A stretch of DNA of 64,000 nt, taken from assembly GCA_035221665.1 (NCBI GenBank), contig CM069135.1:17422001-17486000 (forward strand), written 5' to 3'. Shown here in pieces: positions 38,766-49,573 of the stretch. This stretch comes from Okamejei kenojei. Lineage: Eukaryota. Both the position numbers and the translations under genes were made by a program. The number at the start of each line of letters is the position of its first letter. The first letter of the stretch is position 1. The notes beneath the pieces were generated by a model. The model searched no databases, was not told the origin of the DNA, and saw only the letters and a list, made by a program, of their open reading frames with translations.

Positions 38766-39417
38766 AAATGATGATGAATATCATGTAACATTTTTCCAAT
38801 ATCGATTACAAAGGGGAAAATCCTAGGCTTTTTAAATTCTATGTTTCATGGAGGTGAATCTCTTAGAATCTGCACATAGGCCTGGGTGCATGATGCAAGA
38901 TTTGTGGCAATTATTACTGATTTTAAGACTTGCACAGTGAAGAGCTTTGGCCCGTTATTTCCTCTAGAACCACCTTATGGACATCTTGTCATCCAAAATT
39001 ATTTTCCCTCACCACTGTTGGGTACATATTCCACAACTCTGGCCACAAGGCAACTCTCCTTAAACTTTCTCACCCTTTGCCTCTCTTTCCTCAGTAAAAT
39101 ACTGTCCCTAACCTTTGTATGTGACCGGGCATTTGGTTTGGTCTCAATCTATGTGATTAAGCTCCTTTCAAAAATCTTGGGACATTTTAGCTTTTTGGCA
39201 TGTGATTCCACCCATTTCATAGATCTGGGAAGTTAGTAATGGCAGGCAATCATGGAAGAATAAAGAGGTCAGACAGTCCAGTAGGGGAAAATATTTACAA
39301 TCCTACTGCCACTTTCTTTAAAATTAACACAGCTTCTCATTGCTGGAGGTTAAACCAGCAACACGGGGCTCTCAGTCATTAACGGGTATTGTTAAGAAGT
39401 GTAAAGCTGTTGATGAC

Positions 39418-39685
39418 TGGGGCATCACAGTGGCACAGTTGCTGCTGATTTACAGCGCCAGTACATTCTCCCGATGACCGCATAGGCTTCCTCTGGGTGC
39501 TCCAGTTTCCTCCCACACCCCAAAGACGTACAGGTTTGTAGGTTAATTGGCTTTGGTAAAATTGTAACTTGTCTCTAATGTGTAGGATAGTGCTAGCGTA
39601 CGGGGATTGCAGGTCGGTGTGGATTCGGCAAGCCGAAGGGTCTGTTTCCACACTGTATCTCGAAAGGCTAAAGTCTAAAGTCCAA
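39418..39685 (+). mobile_element. V-SINE (internal deletion)
   Basis: acagtggcacagttgctg...cctcccacaccccaaagacgtacagg...(ctaaagt)n. Confidence 0.85.
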
Positions 39686-39867
39686 AGGCCAGCATCGACA
39701 AGAAACTTCAAGCTGGATCATGAATGAGTGTGTCATTGTGATAATCATGAAGAAAAGAGCCACTTTAGCCCCACAAATATGTGTATTAATGCTTTACACT
39801 TGGGCAGTTTTTTTACCCTTCCTCATCTGCCCTTGTCAACATGCACTCTAGTTCTTATCTCTTCGAC

Positions 39868-40145
39868 TTTAGACATACAGTGTAAAAACAGGCCCTTCGG
39901 CCCACCGAGCCTATGCCGAACAGCACTCACCCCATATACTAACACTAGGGACAATTTACAGAAGCCAATTAACCTACAAACCTACACGTCTTTGGAGTGT
40001 GGGTAGAAACTGGAGCCACCTGGAGAAACCCGCATGGTCACAGGGAGAACATACATACTCCGTACAGACAGCCCCAATAGTCAGGAGTGAACCCGGGTCT
40101 CTGGCGCTGTAAGCCAGCAACTCTACCGCTGAGACTATGCACCGT
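39868..40145 (-). mobile_element. V-SINE
   Basis: caggcccttcggcccaccgag...gaacccgggtctctggcgctgtaag...ctctaccgctg. Confidence 0.88.
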
Positions 40146-40760
40146 CTTTTATGTATATTCCCTAAAAAGCGCTGTTCCATAATTTTGCAAAAACAGAGAA
40201 TACACCAGAGATTTAGACTTTTCTGAGAAAATATTAATCATGTATTACTTGACCACTTTTGTCGTGGTTTTGAGCTTTATTTTAATGGTGGAAATAAAAT
40301 CATGAATTCCAAAATTGCCTTCCTGTTCATAGATGATTTCATTTTGAAAGACTGGGGAGTACTGTGTCCATGCATTTAAATTATGCAAGAACCAGAAGTA
40401 GCTGGATATGAGGTTTTGCCACATTTCCCAAATAGTCACAATATTTTGCAGAGCACTGCTGGCTTTTGCAGTGTGCGCTGTCTCCTGCAATTAAAAATTG
40501 TCCCCAGTGATTCTAAACATTATTATTTTCCTCGAGTCATACCAAAGAAAGTAATAAAGACATTTCTCCCGAGCCATCTCTCAGTACAATTAGGTTACTC
40601 AACAGTTACCCACTTGTATACCTGCTCTGGCAGCAGATTGCATTGACTGATGTGGCACAAACCCACAGCTGGCAACAATTCACAGCCTTGTTTTCCTAGA
40701 CCCTCGCCCACAGGGGGCTGAAAATCCATCTACTTCCAAAAAGGAGAGTTAAAGCAAGCG

Positions 40761-41034
40761 AAATGTGCAGGAAGGAACTGCAGACGCTGGTTTAATCTAA
40801 AGATAGACACAAAAAACTGGTGTAACTCAGCAGGACAGGCAGCATCTCAGGAGAAAAGGAATGGGTGAGGTTTCGGGTCGAGACCCTTCTTCAAACTAGT
40901 CTGAAGAAGGGTCTCGACCTGAAATATCACCCATTCCTTCTCTCCAGAGATGCTGCCTGTCCTGCTGAGTTCCTTTAGCTTTTTGTGCCTATCTTTGGTT
41001 TAAACCATCTTCTGCAGTTCCTTCCTACATATTT
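40761..41034. repeat. 274-bp palindrome of two head-to-head Penelope-derived units
   Basis: Arms 40761-40897 and 40898-41034 are reverse complements with scattered mismatches. The centre act|agt lies between two hammerhead motifs. Confidence 0.9.
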
Positions 41035-41773
41035 GTTCAATCTCTCTCTTATACACTGATTCATCATCAGCAATGATCACCCAACACAATGGCGTCATCA
41101 GCGAATTCATAGACGGCACTGGAGCTGTGCCTAGCCAGGCAGTCATTGGGGTGAAGGGAGTAAACCAAGGGCTATGCTTGCAGTCTTGAGATGCACCTGT
41201 GTTGGTGGTCAGTGTGGAGGACATGTTGTTATCAATCTGCAACGAGTAAACATTTCATTGTTCCGTTCCCGGTACTTATGATAATTAAACACTCTTGACT
41301 CTAGTCTGATTGAGGTTTGCCGATGAGTGAGTCAAGGATCCGGTTGCAAAGGGTGGTACAGAGACCCAAGACTTGGAGTTAGGAGAGAATTATAGTGTTG
41401 GCTGTCGAGCTGTAGTGGATGAACAGCAGCCTGATGTATGTGTTCCTGTTATTCAGAAGGTCCAGAGCACAGTGGAGCCAGTGATATAGCAGCTGCTGTT
41501 GTACCATTGTGGCGATAGGGAATCCTAAGGCAGGAATTGATTTGTATCATAATCAACCTCTTGAACCACTGCAGTAGGGTGGATGGATGAGTTACCTGAC
41601 TATAGTCGTCGAAGCGTGTCACCATGCTCTTTTTGGACACTCGTACCATGAATGTCCTTTAAAAGCAAGTGGCGACCTCAGTCCGCAGAAGACAGAGGTG
41701 GAAAATATTCATGAATACTCCAGTCAGTTGGTCCACACAAGTCTTTAGCAATTAACCACAGATTTAGCGCATA

Positions 41774-43349
41774 CAGTGCATTCAGAATGTATTCGGACCC
41801 CTTCACTTTTTCCACATTGTTACGTTAATCAATCTACACACAATACCCAATCTACACACAATACCCAAAATAAAAAGGCAAACGCAGGTGTTTATAAGTT
41901 TTTGCAAAGTAATTAAAAAGAAATAACTGAAATATCATATTTACATAAGTATTCAGACCCTTTACTCACTACTTTGTTGAGGCATCTTTGGCAACGATTA
42001 CAGACTCGAGTCTTCTTAGTATGACGCTACAAGCTTGGCACCTGTATTTGGGTAATTTCTCCCATTCTTCTTTGCAGATCCTCTCAAGCTCAGGTTGGAT
42101 GGGGAACGTCGATGCACAGCTATTTTCAGGTCCCTCCAGAGATGTTCGATCGGGTTCAAGTCCGGGCTCTGGCTGGGCCACTCAAGGACATCACAGACTT
42201 GTCACAAAGCCACTCCTGCGTTGTCTTGGCTGTGTGCTTAGGGTCGTTGTCCTGTTCAAAGGTGAACCTCCGCCCTAGTCTGAGGTCCAGAATGCTCTGG
42301 AGCAGGATTTCATCAAGGATCTCTCTGTGCTCCATTCATCTTTACCTCAATCCTGACTCGTCTCCCAGTTTCTGCTGCAGAAAAACATCCCCACAGCATG
42401 ATGCTGCCACCATCATGCTTCACCGTAGGTATGGTATTGGCCAGGTGATGAGCAATGCCTGGTTTCCTTCCGACGTGACACTTGGCATTCAGGCCAAAGA
42501 GTTCAATCTTGGTTTCATCAGATTAGAGAAGCTTTTTGCTCATGGTCTGAGAGTCCTTTAGGTGCCTTTTGGCAAAAGCCAAGCAGCTGTCATGTGCCTT
42601 TTACCGAGGAGTGGCTTTTGACTGGCCACTCTACCATAAAAGCCTGATTGGTGGAGTGCTGCTGATATAGTTGTCCTTCTGGAAGTTTCTCCCATCTCCA
42701 CAGAGGATCTCTGGAGTTCTGTCACCTCCCTGTCCAAGGCCCTTCCCCCCTGATTGCTCAGTTTGGTCGGGTGGCCAGCTCTATGAAGAGTCCTGATGGT
42801 TCCAAATATCTTCCATTTAAGAATGACGGAGGCCGCTGTGCTCTTTGGGATGTGCAATGTTGCAGAAATTGTTTTATAACCTTTCCCAGATCTGTGTCTC
42901 AACACAATCCTGTCTTGGAGGTCTACAGACAATTCCTTCATCTGCATGGCTTGGTTTTTGGTCTGACATGCTCTGCCAACTGTGGGACCTTATATAGACA
43001 GGTATGTGCCTTTCCAAATCATGTCAAATCAATTTAATTTACCACTGGTGGACTCCAATTAAGTTGTAGAAACATCTCAAGGATAATCAATGGAAACAGG
43101 ATGAACCTAGGCTCAATTTTGAGTTTCATAGCAAAGGGTCTGAATACTTATGTAAATGTGATATTTCAGTTGTTTCTTTTTAATTACTTTGGAAAAATTT
43201 CTAAACACCTGTTTTCGCTTCTTCATTCTGGAGTATTGTAATAAAATTGATGATAAAAAAAAAATGAATTGAATCAATTTTAAAATAAGGCTGAAATGTA
43301 ACAAAATGTGGAAAAGGTGAATGGGTCTGAATAATTTCTGAATACACTG
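41774..43349 (-). mobile_element. Tc1/mariner transposon, IR/DR type, defective
   Basis: TA|CAGTG...CACTG|CA ends; ~200-bp TIRs with an internal repeated gtattcagaccc (41789, 41949; inverted at 43136, 43323). Confidence 0.93.
41969..42947 (-). pseudogene. Tc1 transposase (frameshifted, internally deleted)
   Basis: MKELSVDLQDRIVLRHRSGKGYKTIS...AGHPTKLS (paired-like HTH with a GRP-like motif); C-terminal [15 protein letters not shown]...RRLESVIVAK. Confidence 0.9.
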
Positions 43350-43536
43350 CATGCCATCTGGGCCAGATGCTTTACAAGGATTCACCCTCTTAAAGGATGT
43401 TCTGACATTGGTTGCAGAGACTCAGCAGAGGCATTGGGGGCTCATGTAAGGGTGTCAATATTCTTCCATTCAAAGTATGCACAAGAGGTATTGAGCTGAT
43501 CTGGAAGTGATGCTTCATTGCTGCTTATACTATTTG

Positions 43537-43908
43537 ATAGAAACATAGAAACATAGAAATTAGGTGCAGGAGCAGGCCATTCGGCCCTTCGAGCCTGCAC
43601 CGCCATTCAATATGATCATAGCTGATCATCCAACTCAGTATCCTGTACCTGCCTTCTCTCCATACCCCCTGATCCCTTCAGCCACAAGGGCCACATCCAA
43701 CTCCCTCTTAAATTTGGCCAACGAACTGGCCTCAACTACCTTCTGTGGCAGAGATTTCCACAGATTCACCACTCTTTGTGTGAAAAACGATTTTCTCATC
43801 TCGGTCCTAAAAGACTTCCCCCTTATCCTTAAACTGTGACCCCTTGTCCTGGACTCCCCCAACATCGGGAACAATCTTCCTGCATCTAGCCTGTCCAACC
43901 CCTTAAGG
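43537..43908 (-). mobile_element. Young CR1/HER1-like 3' end
   Basis: LKGLDRLDAGRLFPMLGESRTRGHSLRIRG...GYGEKAGTGY and tail. Confidence 0.93.
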
Positions 43909-45224
43909 GTTGGCCAGGGATCTTGCCTTATCGGACGTGATGGGGGTGGGGGTGGGGGAATCCAAAGGGTAGCGCAACTGCATAAAAATGACTCTTTCTC
44001 AGGGCTAGAGAGGTTGCCCCACAGTAAGCACGACATAATATACCCTTAATATTTGATTACGCTTCTTCGAACAAGGCACATTGTTTTCAGTAGATTTTGC
44101 AGTGATAAAAGTGCATAAAAATTTGAAGCTCCTGTCAAGTCAATGATTCTCTGTTCCAACCACAGCAACACACTTGGATCTGGGACAGCAACGATCAGAT
44201 TTCCGCATTTAAATTTACATGCACAGAGGCCAGAAATTGTAGTCAGCTTTCTGCAGCATTGACAATTTCACCCCCATTGCAAATGCTAATTCTCAGCCAT
44301 TATTACTTCTCCTTCTGCCAGTAACACCACAGTTTAAAGTGCCTATTAGAGCCCACTTTGTCTGTTTAAGTATTTCCCTGATGGCTCACACTGTTCCTCC
44401 TGGATAGTGTTCAACTTTATTTTTGGTCTACTTATGAAGCATAGCTCTCATTAATTTGCCAACGCTTCTTTATATTATTTCACTTGGAAGCCTAAGTAGA
44501 GCCAAAGTATCTCTAAAAGTTAAATGCTAATAGGTCTTTACATTGTGTTGCAGCTTTTTACCATGTATACAATTTATGTCAATTTTCATGCCTTCGGCTG
44601 ATTTGGGATTCAGGTCCATTTCAGAAACAGCCACTCTGAATGAATGCAAATAACCTAACTGTGACAGTGTAAAAATTGTCACCAATTTGCAAACATTGCT
44701 CAACTACATTTTTGCTTGCCTTTGCACTTTAAATAAATTTGGTAAAATAATTCCTCAGAGTACTTACTTCAGCTGGTAACAGCACACTGATATTTAGATT
44801 TGTACAATGTACTTATCATCTAACCCAATCTAGCTGCAGGCTAGTCCAACATGGTAAGTCAAACAATGATAAAATGCAAGGTTGCGAATGTAAAAGGCAC
44901 CGCGTAAGGCAGTCTAAAAATACCTGCAATAAATAATAATGCGACAAGTGCATGTAGTACTTGCATTAATGAGGTACTAATATTTTGTAATTACATTCCA
45001 GTAGAAACAAGTTATTTTTATTTGTTTTGCTCTATTCATGCAGATAATTTTCATTCCCCATTCTCTCCTTCCTCAAGGCCTGTTGCCTCCTGCACATTGG
45101 GTCATGCAAGTCTTTTTAATGTTGTTTTGATATCCTTTCTCTCTCCCACCTCTGGTTTATTTTACTCCTGTCCAGATACAGTCTGCGACCACCTATTATT
45201 GGCCTTTGACTGTGATCTGTAATG

Positions 45225-45600
45225 ACGGACATAACTCAACGGGTCTGGCTGCATCTGTGGAGGGAATGGATAGGCAACATTTCTGGTTGAGAGTCTTCTC
45301 CAGACTGATTGTGGTGGTGGGGGCGGGTGTGGGGGGGGGGGGGGAGGGGGAGCGAAGTGGGGGTGGGGGGCGGGAGGGAGATGAAAGTTGTAAAATAAGT
45401 GAGCGTATTGGGGGAAGGACAAAGCCTGTCAAGTACTAGATGGATACAGCTGAGGAGGGTTTGATTCGCAGATGGGGTGACAAACGCTAGAGATGAAAAG
45501 GAGACAACACGGGGTCAGCTGGAAAGGAATGGGGAGGTGGGGGGATGTGAAAGGAAGGCGGAATAGTGTGAGAAAGGAGCTGAAATCTGGATCGGCATAA
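45225..45600 (-). mobile_element. Penelope-like 3' region (old)
   Basis: taactcaacgggtctggctgcatct...gagtcttctccagactgattgtgg, then a purine-rich UTR similar to 24720-25080. Confidence 0.6.
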
Positions 45601-45724
45601 TACAGACCTATTGGCCCATTTAACATTTCCTTGCTAGCTCTTTCAAAGAATTAACCAATTTGATTCCAATCCCTGGCTCTTTCTCTGGTGCTCTTGATTG
45701 TTTTTTCCTTTTCAAGTATGTAAT

Positions 45725-46130
45725 TTGGAATTTAGAAGATTGAGGGGGGATCTCATAGAGACTTACAAAATTCTTAAGGGGTTGGACAGGCTAGATGCAG
45801 GATGATTGTTCCCGATATTGGGGAAGTCCAGGACAAGGGGTCACAGTTTAAGGATAAGGGGGAAGTCTTTTAGGACCGAGATGAGAAAATCGTTTTTCAC
45901 ACAGAGAGTGGTGAATCTGTGGAATTCTCTGCTACAGAAGGTAGTTGAGGCCAGTTCGTTGGCCATATTTAAGAGGGAGTTGGATGTGGCCCTTGTGGCT
46001 GAAGGGATCAGGGGGTATGGAGAGAAGGCAGGTACAGGATACTGAGTTGGATGATCAGCCATGATCATATTGAATGGCGGTGCAGGCTCGAAGGGCCGAA
46101 TGGCCTGCTCCTGCACCTAATTTCTATGTA
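45725..46130 (+). mobile_element. Young CR1/HER1-like 3' end
   Basis: Near-identical inverted copy of 43555-43908. Confidence 0.93.
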
Positions 46131-46714
46131 TCCCATTCTCTTTTGAAAACTACTGCTGAATCTTTCACAAAAGGACACAAAGTGTTGGAATGTCTCAGCA
46201 GGTCGGGCATTGGATTCTGTATCACAACTCTCTGATATTCTCTGAATATCGCTGGATCTTCCCTCTGATTCTTTTGCCATTTAGCATCTGAGTTGCTGAT
46301 CATCTTACCAACAGAAATAGCGGTTTAAGAATTCACCATGTTCCTCATTCACCAGCTGTGCAGTTTTATATTATATCCACCTTAAACCCTGCTTCTGGAC
46401 TACGGTTCCATTGACGGCTTTGACAGCAGTAGCAGCAGCTAAAAATTCCGTTAGTAAACACACCATTAGCAGATGCTGGTTTACACTGAAGATAGACACA
46501 ACATGCTGCAGTTGTCAGAGTCTCTTCCTCCACCATTGCAACCCAGATTGTCACCACCCTCTGGACGAAAAAACATCTCAAACCTCAAGCCCTCACTGAA
46601 TCACCAACAACTAACCTTAAACCTATTCTCTCTGGTTATGGAAATCTTAGCTAAAGGGAAAGGTTTCCCACTGTTTACTATATCTGCTTCCCTCATAATT
46701 TTGTAAACCTCTCA

Positions 46715-47378
46715 ATAGACAGTAGACAATAGACAATAGGTGCAGCAGTAGGCCATTTGGCCCTTCGAGCCATTCAATGTGATCATGGCTGATCATCCTC
46801 AATCAGTGCCCCTGACTCCGCTATTTTTAAGAGCCCTATCTAGCTCTTTCTTGAAAGCATTCAGAGAACCTGCCTCCACCGCCCTCTGAGGCAGAGAATT
46901 TCACAGACTCACCACGCTCTGTGAGAAAAAGTGTTTCCTCGTCTCTGTTCTAAATGGCTTACTCCTTATTCTTAAACTGTGGCCGCTGGTTCTGGACTCC
47001 CCCAACATCGGGAACATGTTTCCTGCCTCTAGCTTGTCCAAGCCCTTAACAATCTTATATGTTTCAATGAGATATCCTCTCATCCTTCTAAACTCCAGAG
47101 TGTGCAAGCCCAGCTGCTTCATTCTCTCAGCATTTGACAGTCCCGCCATCCCGGGAATTAACCCTGTAAACCTACGCTGCACTCCCTCAATAGCAAGAAT
47201 GTCCTTTCTCAAATTAGGGGACCAAAACCTCACACAATACTCCAGGTGTGGTCTCACTAGGGTTCTGTACAACTGCAGAAGGACCTCTTTGCTCCTATAT
47301 TCGATTCCTCTTGTTCTAAAGGCCAATATGCCATTTGCTTTCTTCACTGCCTGCTGTACCTGCATGCTTACTTGCATC
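46715..47378 (-). mobile_element. CR1/HER1-like LINE 3' fragment
   Basis: ORF 46901-47401: QVQQAVKKANGILA...RPHLEYCVRFWSP...EFRRMRGYLIETYKI. Confidence 0.92.
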
Positions 47379-49135
47379 TTCTTCCCTACACAGAGAGACA
47401 AATGATGGAGAGTAATAAAAACTGTCTGGACTGTTTAATAAAACCCCTCTAGACTGTGCAACCTCTCCTGTGGAGATATGACACTTATGTATCACTATAT
47501 AAACATTTTCTACTCCATCCTAAACCATGTAATCTGGTGGGAGAGGCAGAGGATCAGTTGAACTCTTCAGGTTAATTGTCAAATCGTCTTTCTGCACAAA
47601 GTTGTGGATGAAAGTTGTTTTACACAGATATATTATCAGTCCAAATTCATCTTTTAGTTTGCATAGTTTTGAAGGAAATCAGATTTTGATGTTCGGATAG
47701 TCGGTATCAACATCAGTGATATTCTTTAGTAATGTTCCAAACTTTACTAAAATTGATTCAATATAGAAAGTAGTTTTAAAAATTGTACTGGGAGATTTAA
47801 TTATCATTGTTTTGCATGTTAAAGAGGCATTAGAATTGATTTCCATTTTTCTCAAAGACATTATTCAGGTCGGCTCCCACAAATTAAATATAATTAGCAT
47901 GACAGATATATTTAACCACTCAGCAATCTTGTGGAATGAAAAGAAAAAACCTAAATATGTTTTACGTGGCAGAATATCTGGAAATTAGTGTGTTTAGTGT
48001 GAGCGGCAAGGCAGGTAGGTTAAAGTGAAGGGCAAGGCAGATGGGCATAACCGAGCTGGGATAACAAGAGAAATTAAGGCTCTGGTCAAGAAAATGAAGG
48101 AGGCGTGGGGCAGGTAGAAGCAACTGAAATCAAGTGTATCCCTGGAGGAATAACGAAAACTGAGGAGCATGTTAATAAAGGAAATCAGGAGGGCAAAAAG
48201 GAGGCATGAGATAGCTCTGGCAGATAATATTATACACAATCCCAAGAGATTTTATTTATACATTAAGAGAAAAAGCGTAGCCCTCCAGGAATTAAAGCGT
48301 TCATTTCTGTATGGAGCCGCAGAAGATGGGCAAGATCCCCAATGAGTATTCTCTGAAGAAAGACAGGAGGACTGAAGAACTTGGGACAGTCAATGGAAGT
48401 ATCAAGAGAGCGATCAGTATTATGGTCAAGGAGGTGCTGAAGATCCTAACACGTATGAAGGTAGACTAATCACTCGAGCCAGATCAGATATATTTGAGGA
48501 CTCCGTGGGAAGCAAGAGAGGAAATCGCAGGTGCCCTTGCTGAGATTTATGAGTTGTCATTAAATGCAGGTGAGGTGCCGGAAGACTGGTGGGTGGCAAA
48601 TATAGTGTCTCTATTTAAGAAGGACTACAGGGAAAAGCCTGGGAACTACAGGCCAGTGAGTCTAACATCTGTGGTTGGGGAGTTACTAGAGGTATAAGAT
48701 ATACATGCATTCAGATTGACTGGGACGATTAGGGATAATCAGCATGGTTTTGTACATGGGTGGTCAATGAACCTGATTGAGTTTTTTCAAAATTTTGAGG
48801 AGGGCAGAGCTGTAGACGTTGTATATAGAGATGTCAGCAAAGCCTTTGGCAAGGTTCCGCTTGGTAGGCTGCTCGAGAAGGTTAGATCGCATGGGAACCA
48901 AGGAGAGATGACTGGATAGAAAATTGGCTTTGTGACAGGAAGCAGAGGGTGAAGGTGGTAGGTATTTTTTATTGGACTGGAGGCCTGTGACTAATGGTGT
49001 GCCTCAGGGTTCATGCTGGGGCATTGCTGTTTCTTATCTATATCAAGGATTTAGATGAGAAAGTACAATATAAGATTGGAGATGAGACTAAAGTGGACAG
49101 TGAAGATGGTTGTCAAACATTGTAGCAGGATCAGG

Positions 49136-49438
49136 GAGGCACCATGGTCCAGTGGTAGATAGCATTGCTGCCTTACATCGCCAGAGACTCAGGTTCGATC
49201 CTGTTTATGGGTGCTGTCTGTACGGAGTCTATACGATCTCCACATGACCTGCGTGGGTTTTCTCCGAGATTTTCGGTTTCCTCCCACAAATGTACAGGTT
49301 TGTAGGTTAATTGGTCTGGTATAAATGTAAATTGTCCCTAGTGTGTGTAGGATAGTGTTAATGTGCGGGGATCGCTGGTCAGTGCAGACTCGGTGGGCCG
49401 AAAGGCCTGTTTCTGCACTGTATCTCTAAACTAAACTA
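49136..49438 (+). mobile_element. Full-length V-SINE
   Basis: Head, B-box ggttcgatcc, V-domain and (ctaaa)n tail. Confidence 0.9.
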
Positions 49439-49444
49439 ATCTTG

Positions 49445-49573
49445 TGTAGGAAGGAGCTGCAGTTGCTGGTTTAAACTGAAGATCAACACAAAATGCTGGA
49501 GTAACTAAGCGGGACATGGGTGACGTCTCTGTAGAGAAGGAATGGGTGACGTTTCGGGTCTAGACCCTTCTTC
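49445..49573 (-). mobile_element. Penelope-derived short insertion ending at the hammerhead core
   Basis: gacgtttcgggtctagacccttcttc; TSD aaactaatcttg (49433-49444, 49574-49585). Confidence 0.88.

Larger units (their letters stand above)
41035..43520 (-). mobile_element. Decayed Rex1 LINE (41035-41750 and 43352-43520) interrupted by Tc1
   Basis: RVNPCKASGPDG (43352-43395) continues as LKTCVDQLTGVFMNIF (~41700-41750); TNTGASQ and FADD-like motifs at 41090-41215. Confidence 0.8.

Noticed and set aside
43537-46130. Large TIR DNA transposon
   Set aside because: The inverted arms are CR1 3' ends with their own tails and different 5' truncation points; no TSD or transposase.
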